The notes beneath the pieces were generated by a model, which did not search any database, was not told the DNA's origin, and saw only the letters and a program-made list of their open reading frames with translations. A stretch of 64,000 nt of DNA, from the NCBI GenBank assembly GCA_015680685.1, contig MNCI01003361.1, positions 1-64,000 of the forward strand, given 5' to 3'. The DNA is from Gnetum montanum (lineage: Eukaryota; Plantae; Gnetophyta). Below are positions 47,951 to 62,720 of the stretch, piece by piece (position 1 is the stretch's first letter; each line of letters begins with the position of its first letter). Position numbers and translations under genes: made by a program.

Positions 47951-49721
47951 TTCCCTCATGACTAAATTAAGCTAGTCCCTTAGCTTATAAAAATAAAAAT
48001 TAAACTAAACATAACTTAACTTATGGTCAACAAAGAAGAGTAACATAAGATATAACATCAGACATAACATAAACTTACACCTCAACAAGAAGCACCAAGA
48101 GGTGATGGCTATGACAAAATAACTCTGAGCATGCCTAATATCTATTGAGGGTATGATAAATGTCTCTAGAATTGCTCTTCTAAGATGTTCACCCTCACTT
48201 GAAAATTTCTACTTTAATTTCACACAAGTCCTAGCTCCCATAGTTGTGCTTGACATAGTTACTTTCTCTCCAATTTGCATTGATCATGGTACTAACTTGC
48301 TTAGGTGAGCTCATGTTGCATGAGTTCAACCTTCTCTTAGATATTCTTTGAATTAGTGAAATCTATGAATGGATCATTCAACTTTGCTTCTGGTGATCAT
48401 TATTATGCATGTCACCCACTTTGTATTTCGGGAATAAGATTTGTAACCTCCAAATCTTCTGGTTACAGAGGTTTAGCTAAAGCAAGGTCAATTGATGTTT
48501 TGAGTGGTCCTTGTCTTTTAGTTGGCTCCACCATGAAAGCTTGAGGTTCTTTGAATTCATGTAGCTGTGGCCTTCTGTACATGGAACATAGTTGCTGAAA
48601 CATCATTTCTATGAAAATGTTAGAAATTCATGTAAGTTCCTTGAGACTCTATATTTTCATTCAAAAAAATGCCGATACGAATGATGGAAAACATCAAACC
48701 TAAGAATAACATGGGAAACATTATCACAGCCAAGATTCCAATGAATGTGGGTATGAAAAATATGATAAGAGAATTTTCAAAAATCATACCTAGTATTGAG
48801 ATACAAGACACTTAGCTTAGACAAGGAAAATAAACATTACCACCAATGACTGGAGCACAATGATGAAATATATCATGAAATTTAACATTAAATGATGGTT
48901 AATAGCAAGAAACAACAAGAGTTTGGTTGCTTGCACAAGAATTTGAGTGTATGGCAATAATGCATGTGTGTTTTTAACTTAAAAAAAACATACTAATAAA
49001 TAAATAATGTAAAAAAACATCAAAAGAGTCAAAATAAAGCAAAAAAATATGAATAAATAAAATAATAGTAAAAATTAAAATCTGCTTAAATAAAATAAAT
49101 TAAAATTAAAGTTAAATTAAATAAGGAAAACATAAGAAAATAAAATAAAATAAAAATGAAATGTTACCAAACACCCAAAAACAAGCCACACACATTGGGT
49201 AGAAAAAATATTTTAACAATCCAATCATTGTGCATAAAGCTACCATAAAGCCAACACTTGGAAAATCATGAAATCCCATCGTCAAAGACTTAGAAGGAGA
49301 AAGGAGAACATAGGGAAATAAAGGATTAAAATTAATTAGTTAAATATTTTATTGAAAGCTATAAATTAATTAGGTAATATGGGGCAAGAAAACAAATGTC
49401 TTAGCTAACCATTAACATGCTAGGAGTTATCCCTACCTAAGCATAAGACCAAACAAGTACCTTATGCAATGCAACCACCACATCCTCTACAAACTTAAGT
49501 ATTGAACTTGCTTGTAATGTTGAGCCATGAAGAATTCCCAAGTGGGTCCTCCCTATAGTAAGCTCTTACCTTTTTGCTCTTACTAATCCCATCAATGAGA
49601 CACTTGTGGATTCTCAACAACTAGTGAAGCATCAGCATCAAACATGAGTCCATCTCTCAAATGGTTAAAATTCATCCTTTGCTTCACCATAGTTAACTTC
49701 CTACATATACTGATGAACTAG

Positions 49722-50546
49722 TGATGAGTGGCGAGGTACCCCTACACTCAACCATACAAATACAAGTGTCTCACGTGCGATTTGGTCGAACTCCAAGGAC
49801 TAAGTGCTTACGCGCCCTAATGAAACACTTAAGGTTAATCAATCATTGTCTTCCCAAACTTACTTGTATTGTCACGGTTGTCTGGTTAAGTAAGCTTGAA
49901 GTACAAGATTTTTATATCTTTTGTCTTTTTAATGCCTATGCTAATAGGGAAAGGTGAAGAGAACTAAATGACTAACTTTCATTAACTATTCACTAACTAA
50001 GTTCTAATTATCCTAGCACCAGTATCTGTTCCCACTTGTCGCACACACCTTGAACCAGTGCAACGCTACTGGGATTACCAAACGCTACTCGTTATTGGGT
50101 TACCAAGCGTTACACATGTGCTCGAAGTGGTCGTACTGAGTGCACTTAACTAAGAAGGTCAAGGATTGAGAGAGATTAATTATCTAGGAAAGCATTTAAA
50201 CATTTAACAATAATTAAATCCTATTTAGCTTAGTCCATATGTTGTAAGGTTTATCAAAAAGTTCGTCTTTATTGTCATACACAAATGTGTGCTCAGGTAC
50301 AATTTGCTCGAATAAAGATCCATTCACTTTAAGACTCCTACTGCGGGCATATGGAAATTATTCTAACTTTGGAATGGTAAAACTGCTATAGTTTGGCTAA
50401 GGGTCTAAGTCTAGATACCTAAAACAAGGAAAGCCACCTCTTATTTATAGACATTGTGGAGGGCTACGATATTGCGGAAGCAATATCGCAGGGGCGAACG
50501 CGATATCGTGGATGTGATATCGCGTACACGATATCGTGGCACATCA
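49722..50546 (-). repeat. 3' LTR of element B (full length)
   Basis: Near-identical to 56026-56545; homologous to 34926-35731. Confidence 0.93.
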
Positions 50547-52847
50547 TACCCCCATGACTGAATGAAAACTCGTCCTCGAGTTCTTTACAAAATATTGGGA
50601 AGGTATGAGATTATTGACTGGAATGACACTAATGGTGAGTGGGATGATATGTGAACGGATCATCATTACAATACATGCCAAAATTAGTGTTCATGATAAC
50701 AAAGGTGAACACTATACACATTTGACATTCAGCCTTATTTGGCAGCTGAGAGAGAAGAGAAAAGAGAGAGAGAAAAAAGAATAAGTCTATTGTTGCTGAT
50801 ACCAAGATTGCGCCTTTCGTTGTCCATCCATAAGCGCGCCATCAATCTTGTTCCTTGCATAACTGCTTCAGCACCGGTCCATTCCAAGTGTTCCTCCAAA
50901 TCCAATCCATTGGTATATGATTGTCATCTGCACACACAACACAGTCTTATATTAGCAAGGATAAATGAATTACAATGCAGTTGATACCTTGCCTTGGTGA
51001 AAGGTCCATTGGCTGAGTACTGATATGGCTAATGCGGATTCTGGAGATATAATACTGGTGACTACCCAAGGTGTAGGGGTTAGGAGAAAATCGAAAAAAT
51101 TGGATCAGGACCCCCATGACTGAGAGTGAACCTCCGATAGTGAGAGAATGGAAAAGGGTACGGAATAAAAAAGATGGAGAAAAAATAGACAACTGCAACA
51201 CCGATGAAATGGATGTCAAAGATGGAAATGAACAAAATAAATGTTGATAGCAAAAATGTTTAAGGGAAAGAAATTAAACGATGCACCAAATAGGAATGCC
51301 AGTGGGTCCTCCCCAAAGCCGGGTCATGTCCTTAATGCCCTAACATTCCCACAGTCAAAGAGTCCGTAAGCTCTGGAAATGTTATTTGGAAGCAAGAGTT
51401 AAAGTCTTAACCACAAGAATTTACCAAACAGAAAACAATACATCAACCAAAATATGAACTATTGATACAACCGGCAATGAGGTGAACAATGAAGAAGGAA
51501 TGATGAAAAGAAGAGAATGGAATGGAGTCTCAAGGACAAGGTGGTGTACAACCCCTTGTGTGTTAATGGTTAATATGACTTAGTAGATCTCATTTCAAAT
51601 CCAGCCTCAAACAATCCACATCCAGTGACTTCGCATTAATACATTTGGCCAATCCATCCACTTGAAGTAACAAGAATACCTCCGTCAAAGAGTCACCACC
51701 ATTCCGACGAAACGAGAAAGGAGAAAATAGGAAGCGAGAAAGGGCCTTAGTTATAGGAAACATGTTTGTTTAGTTCCATAACCAGTGCTTGTAGCCCAAA
51801 AGATTATTTCGTCTAAGGGGTGTGCTTTGAATTTCCACTTTTTTTCGTGAGAACCACACCATGCAAAGACTTATTATTTTTATTAACTCAGCTTCCCGAT
51901 AATGGAGCAACGCCAGAATGGTAAGGAAAACTCAAGAAGAGAACATCCAAGCACCCAAGAGAATGGCCAACACAAATGCATCAAGTCCCCTTGAAGTCAC
52001 ACCCTTTTCAATCCTTGAGTCCTTCCTTAGTTTGAGAAATGCCCAGTCACCAATTTGTTGATGGTTTTATTATTTAAGGAAAGGTATTGTATAGTTCCAA
52101 GCCAAGAGAGACCATAGAAATTCATGGATCCATGGATGATGTGGACTCAATGCCTATTATATCAAAAGAACCATACCTTAGTATCAACATTATAACTTAA
52201 AGGTAAAAACCAAGCATTAGCAACCAATAGAATATAGTTCATACCATCATCAGGAGTACTTATTAGGTGATGAACCTAACAAGATAACTAAACACATAAA
52301 TAAACAAAAAAAAGCATGAATGATGTTGCAAAAAAAAAAAAAAGTTAAAGAAATTTGTAAAACAAAAATGTGTAAAAAAAAAACTTAAAAAGGAACTGAG
52401 GGCCTCAATTGATCAACATAGGTGGCCATCTCCCCCATAACTAAGTTGGAAGGGGAAGATCTGAAATAATGAGCGAGGTCGTCCTTTCTCCAATGTGCTA
52501 TGTGCATTGACCGCTCTAGATTTATGATAAGGTTTGGTTTGTTGCACACAGACTAGTATTCTCTTATCGGAGTATTTGTTTAAATTTTTTAGGAGTTTCC
52601 AACTTCCCCCAATTGATGTTTTCAAGTTAAGGTTTGGAAGTCGGCGAGGCTCTTGCTCCAGTGCATCTATGCCTTCTACGTGGACGCAAGCTGGTCCCCC
52701 AGTTGGTCCCATGCATGTTGGTGAGTTGCTCTCTTGATTAGCTGTCAACCACCGGGTGTCTTTTTGTTGTGTGGTTGCTACATAAAGGCACTTTTGTATG
52801 TTAACTTCTGGGGCACACTGGTTGCATGTAGGCAATGCTGAACATTC

Positions 52848-55780
52848 CTATACACCATCACCCTCTGTATCATTGTATGTGATGCATGAAACTTTCTTCT
52901 TCTCAATCTTCCCAAAAGTGTTTTTCTTAGATATTTCTAGGGAAAGATCGCGGATTCCTAAGCATGCGTTTATGGTACTCAGCCATGCCCTCCCCATTAT
53001 TATTGAGAAGTCCCCTTTATCATTGTTTACTTGTATCACTAGAAAATCAGCTGGGTATGATCACCCACACATACTGGTAACGATGTCCTCCACCAGTCCC
53101 AAGGGAATAGTGATAGACTGGTCAGCCAGCTCTAAGCGAATATTATTTTTCTTTAGTGGAGGCAGGTTCCAGGCTTTATACATCTCTTGTGATATTAAGT
53201 TGACTCCGGAACTTGAGTCCAGAAGAGCTTTACGAGGTTGATTCCTAGCAACTTGGAGATAGATTAAAGGGCTTCCGGGGTCAAAGAATTTCCTGGGAAG
53301 GTGGCTCTCCTTAATCCAGTCAGTGACGGCATGCATTAACATAACCGTGTGTGTTGAGCTCTATTTTTGGTTTCAAGGGAGCTCCGAAGCCTTATTTGAT
53401 GGAGAAGCGTTCAGAGGCTCAACCGCTTGTGGTTGTGAAAGCTTGGTTGGACTGTTGGTTCTAAAGAAATGTCTTCTCTTTGTACGGTTGTTAGAACCAG
53501 CAGCGGGTTGAAGGTTCACAGCTCTCGTAGCATTACATTGCTGCAGTTGAGTGGGGAGTTCCCATTGCATTGCTGGAGTGGGTGGTAATGAAGCTATCGG
53601 TGTGAGAGTTGTGGATGGGTTTGGAGGATGGTATGTTTGTGGGTTGTCTCCCCCAGGAGAAGGAGTCCTATAATACTCTTGAGCTTGGTAGTGGCGTTGT
53701 GGTGTCACGTGACCAACCGAGTCACGTGGAGAGATTGGTTGCTGCACGTAATAGCCATATGGATCTGGTGCCAGTAAGGGTGTTGTTGCCTTGGTGGTGG
53801 CATCCCCCATGACTGTGGGTATTGCCACTGCTGGTGTTGCTCAATAGGTTGTGGCGAGTTTCACTTGGGTAATACGTTAAAGGTTGGTGGAACTGCCTTG
53901 GGTTACCTTGGGAATAACGTAACCGTCGGGATGCTTGCCATTTGTTAAGTCGTGGGTTGTGTGCATACACCCCAGACTCTTGTAGGTGTGAGATTACTGG
54001 ACAACATCCTTTAGGATGGTCATATTGGCATATCTCACATCCACCGTCATTGTTTGTATTCGAATTCACAACCTCTTCGGTGATGGCCATTTTACCCTTA
54101 CCTTTGTTACGTGCATTATCAATGTCCCTCTTTTTCTTTTTATCATAGTCACTACTTCACTCCTTAGACTCCTCTACGATTTTAAGGACGGTTTCAAATC
54201 TACTATCCAAGGAGACCCACATTTGGTCTACCTTTTCCGACACTTCTGTTGTTAATTTTTGGAGCGGCAAGGCTTTCCTATTCATCATCTCTTCGAGTGA
54301 TGACTCTTCCTCCTCCTCACAGAATCTCACTCCCCTTTTTTGGAGGGAAGGATCACAATTGTACTCTTCCGTACTTTCTCTCTTACGTAGCTCCCCTTCT
54401 TCCTTGGCTACTTGCTCCAACAATCTATGAACCTGATGGGACCTAAGCTCTGATAATCTCCCTTGGGCATAGGTTCCAAGGGTTCTCCTGGTTTAATGCC
54501 TAAGCCCATCTATGAGATGGTGTAGTTGATCCTGTTGTGCGTAACCATGGCCCGGGCAACGATGTAATAGTGCATAATAACGGCCCATGGCAGCATCCAA
54601 GGGTTTGTGATTTCCCTGCTTCCATCCTTGGATTTGCTTTTGTAGGTTGGACACCTAGGAGTACGTTTAATATTTATCATTAAACAGTTCTAGCATCGTA
54701 CTCCACCTTCGAATGGATTCCGATTCTAAGGACCGGTACCAGCTTTCCGTTTCTTTCATCAATATCCTTGGGAACAACTTTAATTTTTGCCACTCGTTCT
54801 CAATGTTCTGCAAAGCACATGCATCGTGAAATGCTTATAAGTGATTCTGAGGATCAGCGTTGTATCCCCCCTCAAATCTTGGGATGTTATTCATGTCTAG
54901 TCTCTTGATCCTGCTATCTTTTTGGTGCCTTGTGGGTATTCTTACGGCCTTCGTGATGTCTAACATGCTTTGGGTTGCAAGTAGGGGTTCTTTGTGGTCA
55001 TTCTGTTTGTAGCATCTGTGATGTCTATGCGGTTCCCTACTCTCCCTTCTTCTATGCTGTGATTCTCTAGAATGCCCTCATCCTCGTTTTTGACTCTCTC
55101 GTCGAGGTTTCTCACTCTGTTTACCCTTATCCTCACGGTTAGGTTCCTTATGACTGCATCCTAATATTGAAGGAGAGGGTGAATGTGATGATGAAGGTGA
55201 AGAAGAAGGAGAACCATCGCCATGACAATGTTTCCTATCTTCTCTTCGGTGGTCTCGACCCCGATCGTGATTACGATCAGACTGCCCACCCTTATCATGT
55301 GTTTGTGTTCCTTTGTTGCACACTTGGTGTTCATGGGAATCAGAACCAGGGTTGTAAAACGTAGAGTGAAGGTTCTGATACACCACCTCCTCACCATCGT
55401 TAGGAGGGGGAACATAGTTTTGTGGGGAACCTATTAAAATAGGTTCACCACCCTTAATTTCGCTTAAGACGAGTGGAGTGTTATGGGGTCCTTTGCCCTT
55501 CAACGATGTATAGTATCTCTCTTGTCGCAAGTCCCTTTGACGTTGCACTTCTGTGGGTTGGTAGTCCCTTGTGTCATAATCGCATGCAATGTATTTTGCG
55601 TATAATTGTGACATGCCTATTCATGCGAGAGCACGGAGGAGCATGTTGGGGACTACTCGATTTGGAGGCAACACTATGTTACCCTCAAAGTCTCTCCAAT
55701 GCAGTTGTTCATCTTGATGGAGAATAAAGGTAAAGTCGGGTACATATTCATCATGATGAATATATACCACACGGAATTGT
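52848..55780 (-). pseudogene. Element B polyprotein (N-terminal extension, Gag, protease)
   Basis: ORFs 55078-55614, 54157-54423, 53722-54090, 53373-53828, 53061-53342 and 52848-53039 match element A segments. Confidence 0.85.
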
Positions 55781-56025
55781 TGACGAACTGACGGATCTTG
55801 GTTACATGTGTTGTGTCGTCAACTATCTCTAGTGTTGGGTCCTAGGCAATGAAATGCTTTTGTGTGAAGAAGAAGACATTTTTGTCTTGTTCGATGTGCT
55901 ATTTACCGTTGTCTAATTTTTCTTTTGATCAACCCTAAGGGTTCGTTCTAGCGTCCCAACGATGTGGATGATTTCCTATATTCTACGTAGCGCACAAACA
56001 ACTAAGTCCCCAGGAACGGCGCTAA

Positions 56026-56644
56026 TGATGAGTGGCAAGGTACCCCTACACTCAACCATACGAATACGAACGTCTCACGCGCGATCCGGTCGAACTCCAA
56101 GGACTAAGTGCTTACGCGCCCTAATGGAATACTTAAGGTTAATCAATCGTTGTCCTCCCAAACTTACTTGTATTGTCACAGTTGTATGGTTAAGTAAGCT
56201 TGAGGTACATGATTTTTATATCTTTTGTCTTTTTAATGCCTATGCTAATAGGGAAAGGTGAAGAAAACTAAATGACTAACTTTCATTAACTATTCACTAA
56301 CTAAGTTCTAATTACCCTAGCACCAGTATCCGTTCCCACTTGCCACACACACCCTGAACTAGTACAACGCTGTTGGGATTACCAAACGCTACTCGTTACT
56401 GGGTTACCAAGCGTTACACACATGCTCAAAGTGGTCGTACTGAATGCGCTTAACTAGGAGGGTCAAAGGTTGAAAGAGATTAATTATCTAGGAAAGCATT
56501 TAAACATTTAACAATAATTAAATCCTATTTAGCTTAGTCCATATGNNNNNNNNNNNNNNNNNNNNNNNNNNNNNNNNNNNNNNNNNNNNCTGTAATATCG
56601 CGTACGCGATATCGCAGGGGTGGACGTGATATCGCAACTCATTA
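56026..56644 (-). repeat. 5' LTR of element B (contains N gap 56546-56589)
   Basis: Next to the PBS; ends gcaactcatta before the TSD. Confidence 0.9.
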
Positions 56645-59600
56645 ACTAGAGATGGTGAAACAAGAAAGGGAGATGGAGAACTTGAATGAAAAAAAAGGAA
56701 AAAGGGAATTACAACATTACCAAATCCCCACTTAGTAATTCAATTAGTTCATTGGAGCATAAAAGCATTCACAACACTTTACAAGGAGTCTTTTGCAACT
56801 CATCCAACCAATAAAGATAGTCCTCCAAGTCTTCAAAGATGTAATGTAGTACCATCCCCATCTAGTTTCAATTATTCCATACTTTGATCATTGATATAGC
56901 TAGATTGAGTGAAGTGTTGCAAAATCATCTAGAGGTGTAAGAATCCAATTTGGTATTCTTTCCTTCCTACACGTATGTTTGATAGCTTCTCATATTTAAC
57001 ATTACCATAAACCTCTTTTTAGATACTCTAGCTACACTAAACGATCAAATCCACATATTGTACTTTGGATGGACAATAAACATAGGGATATCCTATCGTG
57101 ATCATTTTTCTTAACCCTTGGATTAAGACTTGATTGAAAGTAGCATTTAACTTCACCAAAGTTTCTTTCAAGAGCAACTTCTAGGTCTTCAAAGCCACTA
57201 GAGCTAGGATAGTGCAATGATTGATGGTTGTAAACATACACCTATTTAGTCTTCTTAAGTAACCTGGTGAGTTAGTCATAAATAAATCATCTTATCCAAA
57301 TGGCAAACTACCAATTAAGAGGCATATCCACAACTTGTATTCTTAGTAATTGTAAGCACCAAAAAAAATGTATCTAGCCTAGGATGGTAATGCTACTAAT
57401 TTGTATGGGCCCAAGGTATAAGAAAATATTTGTTACACGTATCTTCATCATCTCATCCTTTCCTTTTTTTCCTTCTTTTTTTTTCTCTTGTGTTTTTTTT
57501 TCACTTTTTTTTTGTTTTTGTTTTTATTTTTATTTTTTTTCCTATTTGTGTTTTTTTATTTTTTATTTTTGAAAAGAGAAGAGTATCATTACTTTTGAAA
57601 AAAGCACTCCTTTGAAGATGCCTAGAGTGTTAGGTCACCATATCTTACTTATAAGCTCAATGTAGCAAGGATAGCTTTATGAAATCATGAACCTTCTCTA
57701 ACTAGTGTGGTTAGGCAAGGTAAGCACAAACACATAATTCAACCCCATCAATCAAGACTCATTCCAATGGTCACAAGATCACTCAATGGCACATCCTTTT
57801 CTAAACTACAACCAAGCATTCATCCAAGTTTGTAGAGCTCACACCTTAAATTCTAGACGCATCAAATTCCCCATGGATCTAGTAGTAGTAACTTCCCCAC
57901 TTATAATGCAAGATCTAGCTCCTTGCTCAACATATGTTTGGTTCACTACTAATGGTAAAAGAAAATAAGACGGATGAATTAGTATTATGTATGCATTCCA
58001 TCAACCAAAGTTCCACATTGGACATGTTCAACACTCTTGCATCATCAATTCATCTATAAGCTCACCCATCCATCATGTGGCTCTCAAGGTAACCATCCAT
58101 GAAGCACATTAATTGATTTGCCATAATCACACAAAACACACTTAAAAGACTATGAAAATCAAAATTGATAAATCTTTATGCTCATATATATATATATATA
58201 TATAATCACACTAAACTAAAAGAATAAGAAAATTCTAGAATAATATATCATTAGTTTCAAAAAATATGCACGCAAAAATGCACACAAACAAACAAATCAT
58301 ACTCTAACACCGAAGCCATTACATGAAGCCCTCTTCCCCCATGATTGACTTTAAGGTTGACACTTGACAACATTCTTTTTTAACATCACCAAATGACTAG
58401 GATGATTGAGATTCTTTGTAGCATCCTAGGTTCTAGCCTTGTTGGTTGAATTTTAAAGATGAAGTTTCTTCCTTCTACTTATGGATTTTTTACCTTTGTA
58501 TTTATCTAAGAAAGGAGTGAATACTTTATTTGCTTGATCTTTAGAAACATAATCCCCTTGGTCATGTTTCTTTGAAGATGATGGTAAAGAAAGTGACGAA
58601 CATAAATCCTCACTAACAACTGTATTTTTCTCTCTTACGAAAATATTTGTCTATGAATTGATGTATTTCTTTCCATAGAAGAAACATGATTATTATGGAA
58701 CTATCCAATAGTATATGATGATGGAAAATATTAATAGTACCTTGCATTAAATAAGTAGACTTGTCCTTGCTATGGCTAATTTGAAATTCTTCCTTGTAAT
58801 GGTATAGCAAATCATGATGAACATTGTTGGACCTATGACTATTGAGATAGTTATGATGGATATGCATAATATTGCTAGGGCATTACTGAAGGCAATTGGT
58901 TCATATCCTATGAAGTTCCTTGGAAGGAAGAAGAATGACATAAGGAAGATTATTGTGATATAGAGAGGGCACTTTAAGCTGTCAAATTCTAAGGATTAGA
59001 TTCCATCTATCGTTGATGTTGTTGTAGCTGAAGAAATGGACCACAATGGTAAGAAATTTGCTAAGGCCTCTTACTTTATTTTATTTTTATCCCTCTTACC
59101 TTGTGGTGTAACTACATTCATAGCAGCTTTAAAACTTTTATTTTCCAAATCCTTCAGACCTAATGTCAACTTTTGATTTAATACATACTAAACCTTGTCA
59201 ACTGTATTAGCAAGGTTTAGTAAGTCTTCTTGATTCTTATGTTTTCTTGCATAGGGACTTCAAAAACATCAGAATGTTGATTCTTACATTCAAAACTCTT
59301 TACATCCTTCTAATATTAGGGATTTCTGCTAACCTCCTGTACATTGGCATGCTTATGTCATTCACCTTTTAATTTAGCCATGAAATCTAACAGAGGTGCA
59401 TTTTAAGCCACAAACCTCTAGTAGAGATTACCCATAACATACATATCAATCATTTCATAAGTTTGTAGTTGTAGTCCTTCTACCAAGAGTATCAATTGAT
59501 CATGTTTACTAAACTCATGATTTAAACACTAATTAAGCATGCAATGGTATTGTTCTATGGCCATATCAAATGATTCATTGGTATCCTACTTCTATTCTAC

Positions 59601-60743
59601 TATCTTTTTTCTAATATTTGTAACTTAGACATAAGATTAAAATCTAACATTGAAAGCTTTTAACATGTTTACCCAAGAGAAGATCAAATTGGATGGAAGA
59701 GCTTGATACTATATTTTAGCTTGATTAGTAAATGTGTGGAGAAAAAGATGGTCTTTTTGCTATAGTATTCAACCCTTACATCTCACAAATAAGGAAAAAT
59801 GTTTGAACATAAAGCTATGGATCATCATTTAAAAACTTGTTGAATGTGAAAATGTTAGTCATATCAATATTTTTTATTCTACTCTCCTCAATGCTTTCAA
59901 GTGGGATGTAAACTATTCATAAATTTGACCATGGTAGATCCACAGAAACAATGGCTTCTCCAAGCCATCAACACCACCATTCGAATGAAGATAATAAATA
60001 TGTGGAATGATGAACTGCATCGAATTACTACAAGCATGCCTCAAATCCCACAGACACATTCATGGACCTTGTTCTCCTAGAATCATTCATGCTTTAGTAA
60101 TAAGACTCTCTATAAGAAGGTTTCAACTACTTCTCAACATGTATGTGTTTGTATTCTTACTTCGCAATCATATCACGAAGCTCTTGGTTCTCATGAGCAA
60201 TATATTCCAATTGTTAAAGGGATATGGATTCATAATTTGCCAAATCATTGATGAAGCCTTGATTAAACAAAGCTTTCTCAAAGGTGACAAGTGTAGCTTT
60301 CCTAAATTCTTTGCAAAATCTTCCATGTGCATTGCACCATTGTCCTTGTTTTTCTTGATGAAACTTCACTTGCTTCATTCATCATTTATTTTAAAGTTAT
60401 TTGAACCAATTGAAACTTCTACTTTTATCTATTTTCATTATTCAATTCAATCATGGTTGCTTTACTTCTTTATTTTCTACAAATCATTAACTAAAAAGGA
60501 AATTATAAATGTATGACTTCCTTCGCAATGGTGCCAATGATAGGGCTTCCCCCTGGTCGAGACCACAAGAGGTTTACTTATGATATGGGTAGTGAACTAG
60601 TTGTAAACACCAAAGATGATAAGAATATAAATTGTAAAGTGTACTTATCTATATCATTATATTTAATAAATAAAAATATTATAATACATATGATGAAAGT
60701 AAATAAATCCATGTTTCCATATTAAGCAAATGATATTTTTAAC

Positions 60744-62566
60744 ATTATTAGCATCATCCTAGCCTTGTCCCAACAAAATAGAGTTAGCTACATGAGTTCT
60801 TTTTCATCATTCACCTCTATAAGGGTTCAATCTTTATTTATTTGTAATTTATTTAAATCATCTTTGATCATTTTTTCCCATGTTTTCTTTGGTCTTCCTT
60901 TCAATGGCTTTATTGGAATAGTAATGTAGAAATCTTTGCTTATAGGCTCATTATCTGATTTTCTTTGCACATGTCCCAACCATTTAAGCTACCATTCTTG
61001 TAGCTTGCCTAAAATAGAATCCACTCCAATTATTTCTATGATGTCTGTATTATATAGTTTTTCTCTTCTAGTAACATTCAACATCCATCAAAGCATTCGC
61101 ATTTCTACCACATTGATTTGTTGTTCATGCCACTTTTGTACTGCCCAACATTCAACACCATATAAGATAGTAGGACTAATTGTTGTCTTGTAAAATTTTT
61201 ACATTAATTTTCTTGGTATTCCTTTATCATATAGCACACCACTAACCTGTCTCCATTTTGACCATCTTGCCTCAATTCTATTTCTAATGTCTCTATTAAT
61301 TTTGCCATCTGACTGAAGGATTGATCCAAGGTAGCGAAATTGTTTGTAGCAAGGGACTTTTTTTCCTTGAATAGTTACTTATATTTCACCACTCTTTTTG
61401 TTGTTACTAAAATTGGATTCCATATATTCTATATTACTTCAACTAATTTTTAAGCCTTTTGATTCTAGAACATGTCTCTACTTTTTCATTTTAGCAATAA
61501 TATTTTCTTGAGATGTACCCACCAACACAATATCCTCTACAATTAGCATACACCAAGGGATTTCATCTTGTATTTTCTTTGTTAATTCATCCATAATAAT
61601 AACAACTAAGTATGGGCTAAGTGTAGAGCCTTGATGTAGACCTACTATGATTGGAAAATCAAATGTTTTTCCACCATCTACTCTAATTTTAATGGTAGCT
61701 CCTTCATACATGTCTTGAATTAGTTTAATATATTTATTAGAGATGTTTTTCCTCTACAAGCCCCACCAAATAATATAGCTAGGTACTCTATCATATGCCT
61801 TTTTCAAATTAATGAAGATCATATATAAATTTTTTCTATGTTTTCTAAGTTTTTTCAGTAATTGTTATATCAAAAAAATAGTCTCTATAGTAGATCTCCT
61901 TGGCATACATCCAAATTGAATTTTTGAGACTATTGATTCAAGTCTAAGATGTTTCTCTATAACATTCTACCAAAGGTTCATAGTATAGCTCATTAAGTTG
62001 ATCCCTCTATAGTTTACACAATTTTGTACATCTTTTTTATTTTTGTAAATGAGAACAACTAAGCTTTTTCTCCAATTGTTAGACATTTCTCCATCTTTCA
62101 AAATTTTGTTAAATAATTATGTCAACCAAGAAACTTTTGTATCTCCCAATGCTTGCAAAGCTTCTATAGAAATGCTATCTGGTCCAATAGCTTTCCCATT
62201 TTTCATCTTTGATAAGGCTATCTTTATCTTAGAGAAGGAAATTTCATTAACTAAACCAAATTTTGGTTCTTCTTCTTCTTCGATGTCTTCTCTTGGAGAT
62301 TTTTTATTTAATAATTCTTAAAAATAAATTTTCCACTTATCCAATATTTCATTGTCTTTTACCAAAACTCTTTCATTTGCTTCCTTGATGCATTTGACAT
62401 AATCAATGTCCTTACATTTCTTATTTTTAATTTCTACTAATTTATATATAGATTTTTCTTCTTCCTTTATTGCCAATTTCTCATAAAAGCTAACCAGTCT
62501 TTATGTTTGGCTTTAGCTATTACCAAAGTTACCTCCTTCTTTGTCATTTTGTATATCAACCTAAAA
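60744..62566 (-). mobile_element. 5'-truncated RTE-clade LINE
   Basis: GKAIGPDSIS, NYRGINLMSYTM, FINLKKAYDRVP, GLHQGSTLSPYL..IMDELT..IQDEIPWCML; typical RTE 3' end (reverse complement atgtagctaac...gggacaaggctaggatgatg); possible 9-bp TSD atttttaac (60735-60743, 62567-62575). Confidence 0.9.
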
Positions 62567-62720
62567 ATTTTTAACTACAAAAAATTTTAACCAAAAAAAT
62601 TTTAACTAAAAGATATTTAACTTAAAAATTTTTAACTAAACAAAATTTGAACAAAAAAAAATTTTAACTAAAAAACTTTTTAACAAAAAAATATTTAACC
62701 AAAAACATTTAACTAAAAAA
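62563..62720 (+). repeat. AT-rich minisatellite (~15-17 bp unit aaaaattttaact, about 10 copies)
   Basis: Visible tandem units directly after the RTE junction. Confidence 0.85.

Larger units (their letters stand above)
49722..56644 (-). mobile_element. Non-autonomous Athila-like LTR element B (sister of A)
   Basis: TSD ACTAG (49717-49721, 56645-56649); LTRs 49722-50546 and 56026-56644; PBS reverse complement at 56006-56024; PPT tacccccatg at 50547; colinear with A; gag plus protease (ALLDSSSGVNLI, ORF 53061-53342), no RT or integrase. Confidence 0.93.

Noticed and set aside
60007-60516. 169-aa plus-strand ORF
   Set aside because: It is antisense to the decayed gag 5' region of element C and has no independent support.
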